From: the human T2T-CHM13v2.0 reference genome, Homo sapiens | DNA: 64,000 bases | NCBI RefSeq assembly: GCF_009914755.1 | Contig: NC_060942.1 | Reading direction: 5' to 3' (one strand) | Part shown: positions 47,348 to 63,794 of the stretch, in pieces | Layout of the letters: each line of letters starts with the position of its first letter | Position numbering within the stretch: position 1 is the first letter of the stretch | Notes under the pieces: model-generated | The model's database searches: none | Seen by the model: the letters and a program-made list of their open reading frames with translations, nothing else | Told to the model about the DNA's origin: nothing | Translations under genes and position numbers: made by a program

Positions 47348-49942
47348 TGAATGCTTTATGTGTCATGTTACATAATTCTTAAAACTGTCCCATGAGGTAG
47401 GTAATACTATTATCCCCATTTATGGATGCAGGAGCTGAGGTTTCAGGTTAATACACTGAAAGTCAAACAGCCCATACTAAGCAGAGCCAGAGTTCAAACC
47501 TGGGGGGAGCAGGGGTGAGTCTTTGACAGTCCTGCACAAAAAGGGCAGAAAATGGACATGAAATGGAAAGGCCAGGAATACTACCAGCAAGTAATGTCAC
47601 AAGAGGACAGATGGGAACAAATGCTGAAGACTGGGTAATGTGGCAAATACACCTTTAGGTCTGGAGAAGCTGAAGAATTAAAACTAAATTTTTAAAACCT
47701 GAAGATTAAACAAAAATAAAAAGCTGAATCTCACTAAGCATTTCAATGATTAGGAGTTCAATCACTTAAAGGTGTCATACATCCTGAGAGCACGAGAACA
47801 CACATTACTTTTGACAGAAAGGAAACTGTGAATTCTAATAGAAATAAAAGAATTTCAAGTCTGCACGAGGCCTGAAAAAGTCAAAGTAATTTATCCCTGG
47901 CCTCAGGAAGAATTATCATAAACCATCCGAGATAGATGCATTTTTTCTATGTTAAATGACTTTCAGAAAAGGAAGGTTTTCCATAATTTTCCCTAGTAAC
48001 TCATTGTTGTGTTTAATAATTTCACTGTCAAGAAGCTATTTCTCATACTGTATCTAACCCATAATTCTATAGTTTCAAATCCATTTCCACATTAGTTTAA
48101 TCAAGGGGTAGTGAACAGCTTCTCTATCCACTGGAAGATAAACTTAATGACAATTATGGCCTCACGTCAGGCTTTCATCCTCTAAACGAAATACAGTCTG
48201 ATTTTTAAACATGGTTGGTCTGTTTTAGTAAAAAGTATCTTTAATTTTCCATGCCTCTTTCTTTCCATAAAACATCCAGTCTAAATGAGATAGGAATATT
48301 ACCATATGAAAACAGGATGAAGTCTCATTTCTGTATCTCACAATGACAATGTGAATGAAAGAGAAATATTAGGATTATGAAATGAACTAAATCTACTTGG
48401 TATATGAGCAACCTGGCACTGAAGAAAGAATACTGAAAATTACCCCATATTCTCTAATAAATTATGGCATTCATGCTGAGTTTATCGGCATATAAAAATA
48501 GTATTTCATATAGCAATGAAGAGGTGAAAATATACACATGTTACTGAACTAAAAGTACTACTTAAGAAACTAAACTGAGTCCAACAATCTCTGATGCAAA
48601 TCATTTCTAGAAAAAGAACTGTTGATGCCTACAAGTCAATAGGTACAATGTCATAGGCATACACTAACTCCTAAGTAAGGCTCTCAGCTCAGAATAAACT
48701 AATCTTTATTGGCTCATATTACTTTATTGTAGTGCCTCTAGCACTATTTTGTGTAAACAATTGCAATAGTAATGTTTTCTTCTATTCAATTCAAATGAAT
48801 GCTTCTATAGCAAATAAAGTGTCAAAAAACACGAACTTCTAAAATCCTTGTCAATGATATTTTATTGCAGTGGGTATAATGTCTCCTTTTGACATACATA
48901 ATCTAAGTCTCATTACAGTAAAAGCTGGCTCAGCCAGAAATCTACAAAGCACAGATCTCCCTATGAGTTGGCGCTTTGATATTTCACTCAAACAATGATT
49001 ACATGTGGTCAAAATAATGACCTTGAGAGTCTGTAAGAAAACAGTCAGGACAGAATCGAGAAAGGATGAAAAAGTTTCACCAGGAGTGGGGTTTTCAGGA
49101 AAGAATATGAGCAGTGCTTGAATCAGAACCGGAAGAACTAGAAGATCCAAGATCAAGATAAAGGTGCAAGGCATGCCTGGCCAAGGGGATCACATGTACA
49201 AAAACACAGGGGTATGTAGGAGCACAGTGGGTCGAGGCCTGTAACACTGAGATGGCCCACTGGGAATTAACAGAAGTACCCATTCCATCTCAGACTGTGA
49301 TACTGCATAGTATTTCAATGCCTTCAACATTGCATACATTTTCAACTAAATGTTATTTCAGAAATGTGTTTCTTTGTATTTCTAACTTTAAATACTTGTG
49401 GGTAGAATTAATGCAGTTACTACTGCTTAAATCTTTTAAGTAAATTAATCATAGAGTTAAGGGGCTAGTTCTAATAAAGAAGATAATCTACTATATACTA
49501 TGTCAGACTATTCACAAGGGCTACAAAAAACCAAATCACATACATGTTATTTGCAGCCTTTTAATAACACAAGCATTAACAATTATCCTAAGTTTGTGTG
49601 CAAATTATTTGGCTGTGATTTTTAATTCCTCACAAAAACCTTTGACTATAAAGGAAAATGAGGAAATGTTAAAAATTTTAAAAATTAGATACCAGAGAAT
49701 ATTGCTTAGTCAGTGTCACATTAAAAACTACATAGGCTAGCATTGATTTATCCAGTATATATACATCATTTAACCAATTTGAAGCTCTGCAGAAAAATAT
49801 ACAACAGATTACTTAATGAAAACGATTAGCATTTGAATAACACTGTGAGTATATTGTGATGTGGAGATAAAATGTATGTGATATGATATTGTGCACCTTT
49901 AAGATTAAAAACAAACACAAATAGAGTTTTTGGTTGGCTTAC

Positions 49943-50115
49943 TTCTCGATCAAGTCCAGCTGCCACTGTGATGATGTCACCAGTCTCATTGTTGATTGTA
50001 AACATGTTGGGTGAAGGGGTGCTTGGAGCCTGAGACACGATTCTGTACCTCAACATCCCATTGAGGGCATTGGGATCGTCAGCATCAATTGCTGTTACGG
50101 TCATCACATATGTTC
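49943..50115 (-). CDS. CDH2: CDH2 exon 7 (173 nt), EC2
   Basis: Acceptor tctctag|GA, donor GAA|gtaagc; [14 protein letters not shown]...LDRE. Confidence 0.97.
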
Positions 50116-51099
50116 CTAGAGACAGTGTACATGGAAAATGAATGGTTACCCTTCATTCCAGGGACCCCAAAATAGAAGGTTTATTTATTGTTTTGATATG
50201 TCTTATTTTCACTTTTTAAAAACAAATATTTAAAGTCATTTAGACTTGATTAAAAATGCTACTCATAAGAACAGTACTTATTTCAAAAAAGATAAAACCT
50301 GGTCTGGATCTTTGAATGAAAAATTATACAACATACATATTTATAAAAACTCAATTTTTCCATAACTTAGAAGATAAATTCACTTTATGATTCCAAAAAG
50401 GTTCATTTTAGACCTTAATTTATATAAAATGCAAATAATGGGTAATACAGATACCATTAGAAAAGTAATTTATTGCCGCTGATTCTTCCCTCTGTCATCT
50501 TTTCTTCCGTTATGCAATGATGTCTAAAATAACATGCTGAGTATGATTCTCCCCAGTGCCTGAGTCACTTTCCGAATGTAGGCTGTGTGCAGAAAGCAGC
50601 ACACTCCATTTCCTCAGGTCATAAGGAACCATTTCATGCACTGCTGTTTTGGTACATTGCATAGAGATTTGGCATCGTGGTTCATTATTTCCTCAGTGAT
50701 TAAAAGAACATTGGAACCAACTTAGAGACTTCAATTTATTAGATATTTTGGAAAAGAAATCTTCAAAGCCTTTGTATCGAATTAGTTCAAACTAGCTAGA
50801 CACTCTGTAATTTAGAAGTAGAGTGAGAAGTAGTTACTGTTTAGAGTGGTTTGTTCTGTGGGATCCATTTAAGAACTGAATTATGAAATGTTTATCTCCA
50901 GTCTACCTTCCTTTTGAATACTCAAGTTCAGTTCTACCTTACAGCCTGTTTACATTGGGTATTCTCTCTCCATGGTATACCTTGGGTTCTGAACTAACTG
51001 TGCTTTGGTAATATTATTCAAATCTCATTTCAGAACTTGTCCCTTTAAACGATTTACCTATTTTGATTATGTGTCATCCCTACACCCTTATTTTTTCAA

Positions 51100-51270
51100 A
51101 ACCTTCAGTGTGTACTTCCTTGTTTGCATGTTTTTTATTTCTCTCCCCTACTACAATTTAAGCTCCAACAGGGCAGGAACTAGCTTGTCACCACTGTATC
51201 CACAGTGTCAGAACAAGGCTTACCACACAGCATATGCTTTATAAACATTTGCTGAATGAATGAATAAATC
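51100..51270 (+). mobile_element. L2 3' end
   Basis: taagctcc...gggcagg...cactgtatcc...atttgctgaatgaatgaat; representative of many further L2/MIR relics not listed. Confidence 0.7.
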
Positions 51271-52762
51271 ATCAGAATAAAAAGGTATCTTTCAGAAGTG
51301 TGAGCCAAAATATAGATCACAACGCAGTTTAGCTCAAAATTCATCACAAATCTTGCCTAGAAGGATGTTTTCAAACTTATAGAAGAACCACAAGAAATAT
51401 ACTCACAATATGTCTACTTCTAGCAATAGCTGACAGTCTTTTATTTATGGGTGGCTCATATGGAAATTCATGGTAAAATGCATCATAAATATAGCTTTAG
51501 TGGCACATTTTAAACAATTTTTGTGAAACTATTCTTGTAAAGTTGGAAATAATAGAGAAAAAAAAGAAAATAATATAAAAAAATTTCCACAGTCCCAAAA
51601 GCCCAATGTTTGTTTTCTTTGGAAGATTTGTCTAAGACTTGTGTTTTAGTAAGGAAATGCTGAATTTGCTTTAATTTTACTGTATTTTAAAATACTGAAG
51701 AAAGCTACTCTGACGATGTGACTTAGAAGGAGTCACAGATGGCTGAACTTCCTGCACAGCCCCTGGTCTCCCTCCAGCTGCCCCCACCCTACCCCTACAT
51801 CTTTTCTGAAGAGGCAGAGATATGCACTTGGACCAAGAAAATGTATGTGTTTGAGGCATAGTTGGTTATATCTATAAACTGACTTATGCATAAGGGAGTT
51901 GCATAAACTGGTGTCAATGACAAAGGTATTATGCAGCACAATTTTAAATGCTGAGGCTTTTAAAAATACAAAACAAAAATACAATAGCTAATTAAATCTC
52001 TCTGAACACCACGCCATCTCAGGAAGCCTGGTCAAACACTTACTTTTACCATCCCTATACCAACTGATTGTCTTGTCCACTGGTTTTCTAGCGGCCTGGC
52101 TTTTCTACTGTGACTGAAGTGTGTCATATTTTTAATACGAGAATCTAAAATCTTAGTCAAATACCACTTTACAATCATGAGTGGCTTTCCACAAGTGCTA
52201 TTTCTAGGCCAGGGCATTTTCCATTTTGCTGGTTGAAGGGATAGGACTGCAGGGGACACGCTGGCCACCCTGAAAATAACTGTCCTGTGGAGCTAGAGGG
52301 CAGCAATCACAGATGTTACTAAGCCCCTTCCATGCTTTCGCTATGACTTCGCCACCTAGTCCCAGGAACGTCAAGTATCTTTAAGGCTTTCTCACTGTGT
52401 TAAATTGCTGCTACGTCTCATACAGTCACATCTGTACTTGATAAACAGAAAGCCTCTCGTCTTCTGGGGCTCACTTTCAAGATGCATTGGCTGTATCAAC
52501 TAAAGCAGAACGAAAGGATCCTATGTATTCCACAGGACAGAATCAAATACTGTAGTGCATATTTTTTCAAAGGTGGGAAAAATCAGTATGAGTAATAAGA
52601 AGGATTTTTTTTTTGTTTTTCTCTCTTCAATTGGTTTTTCCCTAAGTTACCTTCCTTCTTTCCCAAAAGCATTATGAATGAAAGAAAAGGATCCAAAAAG
52701 CCTCATATGATTTCTCCATTTCTTGCTCATATAACAGGGCTGGTTACACCATACTTTCCTCA

Positions 52763-52951
<189 letters not shown>

Positions 52952-53381
52952 TTAGAAAACAACTATTTAACAGATTTATGTCTGTGAGAAGATAAATACA
53001 TCATCATAAGGCTACAAAAATAGCAAGAATAAACTCACAGCTGAAAAACAAAAGCGGTTCTTCCCATCAAAATTTAAGTTACACCAAGTCCATATAATTA
53101 GGATAGATATAGTAGCAAAAAGCCATCATTTACTATATGCTAGGCATTGTTCTCAGAGCACAATGGATTTTAACTCCTTTAATTCACGTACAAAAGAGTG
53201 AGGCAGAAATTTTCAGCATTTGAAGATGAAATTGAGCCTCAGAAAGACTAGGAAATTTATGAAGGTCACTGCTGTCTCTGCTGACAGGACTTAGATCCAA
53301 AACCAGTTGTGTCCAGCTCCAAAATCCCTTCCCTAAACCAGTAGAGAAGACAGACTTAAGGTAATTAAAAATGTGAAAGTA

Positions 53382-53682
53382 GGCCAGGCACGGTGGCTCA
53401 CGCCTGTAATCCCAGCACATTGGGAGGCCAAGGAGGGCGGATCACCTGAGGTCAGGAGTTTGAGACCAGCCTGGCCAACATGGCGAAACCCCGTCTCTAC
53501 TAAAAATACAAAAAAAAAAAAATTAGCTGGGCCTGGTGGCATATGTCTGTAAGCCCAGCTACTTGGGAGGCTGAGGCAAGAGAATCACTTGAACCCGAGG
53601 TTGCAGTGAGCCGAGATTGTGCCAGTGCACTCCAGCCTGGGTGACAGAGTGGGACTCTGTCTCAAAAAAAAAAAAAAAAAAA
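53382..53682 (+). mobile_element. Alu (AluSx-like)
   Basis: ggccaggcacggtggctcacgcc...poly(A). Confidence 0.95.
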
Positions 53683-53830
53683 GAAGTGGAAGTAGCACAA
53701 AGTAGTGATAGAGATCAAGGCAACAGAAAATAATCTAGAAAGAAGTGTACATAGGAAATTTTGACACTAGTTTTTTTCTTTTCCTTAATTGTAAAAGTCA
53801 TTCACAAACATTAAAAATATACTAGTATAT

Positions 53831-54104
53831 GGCTGGGCACAGTGAGTAGCTCATGCCTGTAATCTCAGAACTTTGGGAGGCTGAAGCAGGTGAATCACTT
53901 GAGGTCAGGAGTTCGAGATCAGCCTGGCCAACATGGTGAAAACCTGTCTCTACTAAAAATACAAAAAATTAGCTGGGTGCCTGTAATCCCAGCTACTCAG
54001 AGGCTGAGGCAGGAGAATTGCTTGAACCTGGGAGGCGGCAGCTGCGGTGAGCTGAGATCATGCCACTGCACTCCAGCCTGGGCAACAGAGTGAGACTCCA
54101 TAAA

Positions 54105-54135
<31 letters not shown>

Positions 54136-54139
54136 TATA
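53831..54139 (+). mobile_element. Alu (AluS-like) with a (TA)n tail
   Basis: Alu body; TSD-like atatactagtatat and atatacgagtatat. Confidence 0.92.
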
Positions 54140-54660
54140 CGAGTATATACGATAGCTGTTCCTCTCCCCAGCCCAGTTCTCAGTTTTATAGGTATTCTTC
54201 TAGAAACTTTATCTTATTTTTCTTTTTAAACAAAAATATTCATTTGGCTACACTTGGCAGAATATCAAAATCCTTTCCTCTAGAATAGATTCATTTCATT
54301 CTTTCCAATGGCTGTTTAGTGCTCCTTTAATTGTTTCTTTTGGACTGGAATGCTTCTAGTTTTCATGTTAAGTCTGATGCTTGCCATTGGTTGCTGCTGG
54401 ATACACTCTATCAAATTAAAAAAAGCTTCAACATATCCTTTTTTAAATTCAGAGGTTATTTAAACACATAAAAACAATGTAAATTTTAATACTGCCATTC
54501 AATACCTATAGAGATAATTCTTTTTTTTCCCTTGGCTTATTTAATATCTTACATTACATTAATAGATTCTTAATACTAAAACAATTATACTTATATATTG
54601 AATCTGAATACTGAACCTTAATATTTTCAATTTTACAATTAATTCTGTTCTGTTATGGGT

Positions 54661-54978
54661 TTTTTTGTTTTTGTTTTTTTTGTGAGATGCAGTCTTGCTC
54701 TGTCACCCAGGCTGGAGGGTAAGAGTGCATTGGCACGATCTCGGCTTAACTGCAACCTCTGCCTCCCAGGTTCAAGTGATTCTCCCACCTCAGCCTCTTG
54801 AGTAGCTGGGATTACAGGCGTGCACCACTGCAGGCAGATAATTTTATTTTTTATTTTTAGTATAGACAGGGTTTCACCATGTTGGCCAGGCTGGTCTGGA
54901 ACTCCTGACCTCAAGTGAGCCACCAGCCTTGGCCTCCCAAATTGCTAGGATTCCGGGCGTGAGCCACCACACCCGACT
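54661..54978 (-). mobile_element. Alu (AluS-like)
   Basis: gagatgcagtcttgctctg...gagccaccacacccg. Confidence 0.92.
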
Positions 54979-55460
54979 GGTATTGCTCTTTTAATGTGCA
55001 AGTAGCAAGCACTTAGCAATAATTTACCCCAAAATTGACCTGAATATACTCATTTCCTGAGTTTTAACCACAGGAATTCAGAAAGCGAGAATTCCTATAA
55101 GAAGAGATCCTTAAGAATTTTAAATTGATCTTATTTATATTCATAAATTAGAAATTAGTCTAAGTAGAGGCAGGTATATTGTGTGCTATCTAAAAATAAG
55201 TTTCCTTATTAATGCTATGTTGTCTTTGTGAGACGTTTGGAAGTTTTACTTCTTTTCCTATGTTTCAGAACTATATGGAAAGCATTAGAATAACCTATTC
55301 CTCCAATGATATTAAAAAATGGAATGATGAAGAAATCAAGGTCTTTGGGAAGAGAAAGTATAGAGCAATACTCAGTGCATAAGACATTTTAAATTTCTCA
55401 TATGCTTATTTGTCTGTTAGATCTAGGTGAATCTATTGAAGTTTAAAAACTTCAATAATT

Positions 55461-55703
55461 GTTCTCATTCATAGGTGGGAACTGAACAATGAGAACACTT
55501 AGACACAGGGTGGAGAACATCACACACTGGGGCCTGTCGTGGGGTGGGATGAGGGGGGAAGGATAGCATTAGGAGAAATACCTAATGTAAATGATGAGTT
55601 GATGGGTGCAGCACACCAACATGGCACATGTATACATGTGACAAACCTGCACGTTGTGCACATGTACCCTAGAACTTAAAGTATAATATAAAAAAAAAAA
55701 AGA
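55461..55703 (+). mobile_element. 5'-truncated L1PA 3' end with a 16-bp TSD
   Basis: ataggtgggaactgaacaatgagaacac...aacttaaagtataat followed by poly(A); TSD aaaaacttca(a/g)taatt at 55445-55460 and 55704-55719. Confidence 0.92.
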
Positions 55704-55984
55704 AAAAACTTCAGTAATTTTAAAAGTTGGTAAAAGTACAAGAATTCAACAAATGTATCAGTGGGCAAAATAAGAGTCTGGAAACACATCCATGCACATG
55801 TGGGATGAAAGTTTTAGTGATTAAGTGTAGATGATGGATCAATGGGGAAACTAATTCAATATATGCTGTTGGGACAAGTAGCTAGTCATAAAGGAAAAAC
55901 AAAGTGGGTCTCTCCTTTTATTAAAATAACTCTGCAGAGGTTAAAAATTCAAATGTAAAAAGTAAATACAACAAAAATTTGGGG

Positions 55985-56040
55985 AACTGGGGAGATTGGT
56001 ATCCTGGAGTAAAACTGGGGAGACTGGCATCCTGGAGTAG
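55985..56040. repeat. 28-bp tandem duplication within an old L1M relic
   Basis: aactggggaga(t/c)tgg(t/c)atcctggagta(a/g) occurs twice. Confidence 0.85.
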
Positions 56041-56628
56041 GGAAGGCCTTTATCAACATCTCTGGAAAGACAGAATGTATGATAAAATTTTTAAAAATGA
56101 ATTTTGCAGTGTAAAAACGATGTTATACTATGGGAAAATTATTGACAATGTTAGAAATAAACAAAAGGAGAAAATGTAGGACAAACCAAGCACTAACATT
56201 CCTAATTAGACAAAAGGTTCTTAGCAATAAGAAATCCCAAAGAAAATTCAAAATAAGAAAGGAATAGGGGATTCACTTTGATTAGAATACTATGCATTCA
56301 TTAACAATGCTGTGACCTCTATATATTTTACATGTAACAGATTTGACTCCATTCATATAAATTTGTTCTTATAGATTCTTAACCACATATCTGAAAGCAA
56401 GTATCAATATGTAAAGAGTAATGAGATTTTAGGCAATTTCACTTCCTTCTTTCTTTGTTGTGGGCACTATTTGTTTTTCTATGAGGGCATTTATCAATTC
56501 TATAAAAACAATAACATTATTAAAATAAACCAAAAGACTACAGATACAATTCTTAAAACTCTCAGTATTGAGGCTTTCAGACTGATATAAGAGGCAATGG
56601 TAAACTCTGCAGACATTTAGAACTGTTA

Positions 56629-56841
<213 letters not shown>

Positions 56842-57612
56842 TTAAGTGAGAGACTAAATGAGCTCATTATCAGAGATGGGGCACATCACACTTCATGCCC
56901 TTTTTCAGCTACAAACTTATACCATCTCTCCCCAGAAAATCACTGAAACTCTCCTAGTGCCTGTTCTTCCTCTGCTTCTCAGTGACAGGCTTCAAAAGAG
57001 ATGTCATCTATCACCAGAAAGACTGGAGGCAACATTAACATCTAAAAGAAAACTCACTAGGAGCAGTGCAAAAGTTCCAAATCTACAAGTGAGAGTTTTT
57101 AAACAATCAAACTCTGTCCTGGGAGTTTCTAGGTTAGACGATTTAACATAGTAAGAGCTGTCCAATTTCATTAAAATAAACATTATTTACCTTTTTGCAT
57201 CAGTAACAACAAGAATTAATTGTCTATCCATAGTGTGAAATATACTCAAATGGAACTCTAATACAGTTATGGTTGACCCTGAATGTCAGACTTCTGTACT
57301 TGCATTGTACTAACACTGTTCATTGCGCACCAAAGCTTTCCGTATCATTTTAAGTGACACCTGAAATTTTCATTAATAATAAAGCACAAAAGAAAGCATT
57401 TTAAAATATATTTTTATGCTCGCAAACATTATATCATTATAGGCTCACTGCCTTCTCCAAATACAACTACTCTCAAGAAAATTAAGTCAATGTATGAGCA
57501 GTCACAGGAGACAGAACAGGCTATGGAAGGGGACGAAGGGAGGCAGGTACAGAGAAAAATAAGAGATCCTTATGTATTAGGTACTTATACTTAATCCATC
57601 AATAAAATCTAG

Positions 57613-57883
<271 letters not shown>

Positions 57884-58685
57884 GTTTTTTTTTTTTTTAA
57901 GTTAAAGCAAAATTCTCTTTTCTCTCAAACTTCATTAAAGTAGAAAAAGAGACAGTATCTTAATTTAGAGTTACATTCATTGTTAAAGTGAATTATAATG
58001 TACATTAGGACAGAATATACAACATATTTTAAAGCGGCTTATTTTAAAAAAAAGGCTTTCAGTAAGTATGTGTTAGAATGCTAAAATAATCATATACAGA
58101 AACATTTACATTTTAATAAGTGGGAATACAGCAGCCTTGTCTTACTATACTTTTGTAATAAATAATGGGTTAAGTTTATTAAAATGCAAAAATATCTGCA
58201 TTTTTTTTCTGTAGCTGATGGTATGTATCTAGAGTAAATAACTAAAAAAAAAAAACTTACTCCTCAGATTTGAAAGCCTATGATTTTACACTGCCCTGGG
58301 GATTCCGTTAATGGTATCAGAGGTCATTCTTTTCTTTAAAAAACTCTCAAATGCATTTGGTGCTGGCATTTTTAACAATGATTGCCCTTTATTTTTTCTG
58401 TGGCCCAAAAACCATCTGTAGAGGGCAAAGATCATCACAGAGAGCCCAGCTTTCAGACAGGGAAGTTTAGGGGTGTGTGTGTTATGAGAGTGGAAATGGT
58501 ATGGTTGGGAATATGTGTTGGCTTTAGGGCTTGTGTAGTCACAAACTGAACAAGCTTTCTAATCCACAGTGTGCAGGACCTACAAGTGAGCTCTACTTAT
58601 AAATAATCCAAAAGGTAACAAAGAAAATGAGAAGAGGCTTTCTACAACACTACAGAAATTCTATCTTTATAGAAAAACACTTTTA

Positions 58686-59081
<396 letters not shown>

Positions 59082-60624
59082 CTATTAAAATAACAGAAAA
59101 ATACCATAAAATTTTTGGGTTATACTGTGTATCTGAAAAATTGAATTCTAAACAATTTATTATATGGCACAGCTGTGCAAACTATTTGCAGTTTCTATAA
59201 ACCTTTTTAGATAGCAGTTAATATTGAGCAAAATTTAATAGTACCCTTTTATATATTTCTCATTAGTTTAAACCACAGTTCAGGTAATGTGCTACTGTAC
59301 ATTAAATTTAGATCTTGATGTGCTAAAATATAATTTGAATTCCAAGAGAAGTTTAATACATACTGCTAAGGAATGTCTCAAATATTTATGACCCTATTAT
59401 ATCCCACAGAATTAATGCTGTAATTATTCTAAACCTATGTCAGCCATGATGGATGCTGCAGATGACCCACTTTGCACATTAGGTATTAATCTCTGCTGGA
59501 TGTCAACGTTTTCTTCTGTTTCTTCCTCTATCTGTAGACATTTTAGCCATTAGCCCTTGCTGCTTCAGTGCAAATATCCAAGCTAGTTTGCTGGAACACA
59601 GCAAATCAACAACAAAAGCATCTTTTCACTCCATTAGTTACTGGGTTTTCACTTTATATTACCCAATGACATGACTTCCCTCAACAGTTAATAGATTAAC
59701 AAATTAAATTTCACATAATAAAACCACAACACTGAAATAAGAGAAAAATGATATATTTTCCTCTGATATATTATTCATGTTTGATTGTGGGTATGTATAT
59801 CACATTTACAATTAAATACCAGAAATGAATGTGTCTGTTTTTACCTCTCACAGTAAAATAAGCATAAAAAAAGTAGTAGTCATAGTTCCATAGTTCATGG
59901 ACTTCAGAATATATGGGTGTGTCCCATCATATTTGTTTTGAATTAACTCAAAAAACTAAAATATTCAGAAAATATTATCATAACGTTACTGAAGTTACTG
60001 TATTTTATTTAAAATTCCGAACAATGACTTATACAAATTAAGTGCTCAATAAATATTTGTTGAATTGAACTGAATGGCACTCTGTTGGAAATGTACCTCA
60101 TTTATTTTATCTTGGCTCACAGCAGCTTCCACCAGAGGGAGTATATCATTCCTAAAAAGTCATGTTGGTAGTATAAATAATTCATACCCCCCAACTGGAT
60201 TATTAAGGGACAAGACAAAAACCCAATACTCATTGCCAGAAATGTTTTCCTGTTACTACTTTAAATCTGTACTTCTCATCTAATAAATCTGACTGATGAC
60301 ATCTTGTAAAGAATTGTTTATTTTGTGGTTTTATTTAACAGCTTGTAAAACTTCTAAGAAATTTAAAACAAACTGCTTCTAACTTAAATTATAAATCTCA
60401 AAGTATAAACAAATCTTTAAAATACAATTTCTAGTTGCTTAAAATATATTTAGTCTACGTATCTTAAGAGATTACAAACACAACAAAATATTATTAAAAT
60501 GACCAAAGTTGATACAAATGCAAATAGTGGCCATCCATTAATGTGGTCTGAAGCAAAGCATATATTTAGTTCAAACTGTATAAAGCTGATTTTTAACCAG
60601 CCCTAAAGCCATATTCGGATACTA

Positions 60625-60879
<255 letters not shown>

Positions 60880-63794
60880 TTATTATAATTATACCAAAAA
60901 GGCAAAAAAAAACCCCTAATACTTAAACCTATATCCTGCTTAGGTTAAAGGATAAAAATACAGTAGCATGAAACACAGAAGTTTTATTTTTATTTTATTA
61001 TATCAAAAGCATTTTCATACTATGAAATGCCAGATGGTAGTTCTGAGCTGTGCCCTAGCATTTCCTTCTTCCAAAGCTTTCCCCTTCTTTTCATACTTCC
61101 TGGACACTGGGTCCTCAGGTGCACCTGCTTTTCACCCTGACACCTTTCACTGGTATTTCCTCCCACCCTATTACAAACTTCCACTCACTCTTCAGTCCCA
61201 GGTCTAAAGTCACTCAAAGCAGAACAAACCCCCTTTTTCTCAGTCTTCATGTAGTGATCTGAGCTCTGCTACCTCAGTTTCTTAGTCATGTCTGACACTG
61301 CTTGGAAGAGGCAGTTTGGGGCAAATGTTCTTAGTTATCCTGCATACCCTGCATACTTTCTGGCACACAGTCTTAATACATAATTTCGGAACAAATGCTT
61401 ACAGGAAGAAAGCAATGCATTTATTAATGTTGAATGTTTACTATGCTCTAGAATTGTAAGACCTTATGGTAATTAACAGGTAAATAATTTACAAATTTCT
61501 ATTCCTCTTAGTGCTTACAGTACTTCCATTAAGCAGTAACATATTTAAAAAATTTTAAACAAATAAAAATAAAGGTGTATCCCAAAAGAAATTTTAAATT
61601 AAAAAAATGATGACAAGAGTAGAAGAATTCAAAAATGTGTCTTATCTCTATCATACATGCAATGACTTCACACTTAAAAAAAAAACAACTACTGCTGTCT
61701 TAAATGCTATGACAGCTTGTCTCAACAGGTAATAAAACAAAAATTAAACCATGAACTTGTGTAGAACTAGACAAATTCAAGATGTAATAAAATAATAAAA
61801 ACAAAAATATTCTCTAAGGAAGATTATTCCTTTAAAGTCCTTAATTGTTCTTTCTGAAGAAAAATTCTATGGGAATAGCAAGTAAAGGGATCAAATAAAA
61901 AATGATTTTTTTATTTCTGTAAACGTCTGATGTTATGTTCTGGCTATAATTACATAGGATACTCTTTGGAGTGTAATTAATAGCGACATATTACAAAATA
62001 TAATCAAATACACCTTGTGCATTTCTCAAGGATCTAAGTAAAGTGTTTATGAACCCTCCCACTGCACATATAAGCTGCTGACAGTTCTTCTGCTGTCATT
62101 AGAATAAATTCACTGAGACGTGCACACAGCCACATCTAAATAACAGGCATGCTTATTTCCCTTAGTAACCATAAAATCCTTGATAGAAGTCATAAAATAC
62201 TTTAACTACTGAATATATTATTTTCCACATAATGCCATCTATATTATCTTTCATATTTCAATCATTTCAAAGTGAAAATAAAAGTATATCTCAAACTAAA
62301 TGATGTTAAGTCAAAATGTTTGTCTTTGGAGTAGAAGTATCCCAAAAGATATTTAATTACTCCATCTTCCATGCCCCATGATTTAAAAGTGAAAAATGGG
62401 AATCTTTTCTACAGAACAATGCCATCTACTGCTCATCTTTCATTAAAGACAAAAAATGAAATGTAAAATTGTTTTTTGGATCCCTGCTGATAAATCAAAA
62501 CGAGACTTTTGCCATATTTTTGTATAAAAAGTACTTTTTTATATTACAAGAGGGATTCATGGTCCTTAAAAACATAATCTGGAATAGAAAAATTACATAC
62601 TCTTCTGCACACTTTTTTGTTAACTGTGATCACTCTAGTATTATTAATTGTCATCCATAAACACCTGGACTGTTACATAAGCCTCCTGGGTAGTCTTCCC
62701 AGTTCCTGGTCATGGCATGCCCACTGCTAGACTAGACACCTGCTGTGATTTTCTCCTCCCTGCTTAAAATCTGTAACATTATATGTCAGATCTTTAACCT
62801 AGAGTACAATGCTCTCTTAATTCTTGGGTCACCTGGTCTCTTCAGTTTTACTTACACCACTTTCTAAAACATATACTGCCTGGCGAGAGAGGCTGCAGTC
62901 ATCCCCTACCTCGTGCTGCTCCACCCCACAGGCTCAAATTCTTATCTGGGACACTCCCATTTTCCATACCAAAGCCCTAGGGCCAGGTCATCACTTTGGG
63001 GGAAGAGTCGACCATGATGCCTTTCACAAGATTTTGGCCTATGCCCTCATTTGGAACTGCTCTAAATTTTTTATTTTTATTTGTATTTCCTGTCCACTGA
63101 AACACACTGATACTTTATGTTTATAATAATAATAGTTATAATGATGGTTATTAATAATTTCATATGAGTGGATCTTCTCTCCCTAAGCAGACTATAAACT
63201 CACTTTGGCTTCATGAGAGTTAAGTATTGCTTCTTTTGTTTCTTAGGACACTTGATGGTCACAGGAACAGTATAAGTGCTCATTAAATATCCACTAATAT
63301 CTTACAACTTTTTCAAAAAGTAGGAAACAGATGGGAACCTTAGAAGTACACACAGCCTACTATAGTAACATCTAGCAACACAAACAAATGAACAAACAAA
63401 ACCCAGGGACTTCAAAAAATTCTACTTTTTATTAGGTTGTTGGTAGTAGAAGAAAATGAATTAATACTTATGGAATGCCAGGCACTGAAAAAGACACTTC
63501 AGATTATGTCACATGTTAACCTTAAAAATGACTCCTGAGGTGGGAATCATTGTTTCTGTTCTGCAGATGAGGATGAAAACTTCAAGTCATCTATGCACAT
63601 GGCTGTTTGATTTCCAGCGGTTTACTCCCATACAAAAGTGCAAAAGAATCTAAACTCATTACATAAGTCACTCATATCTAAAGCTTTAATATAAAACAAT
63701 AAAATTAACAAAAAGATCTGAAAAATGCATACGAAGAGAATAATGCCAAATTTAGACCTCTGAGAGTACCACAGTAAATAGCGCATTAAAAAGA

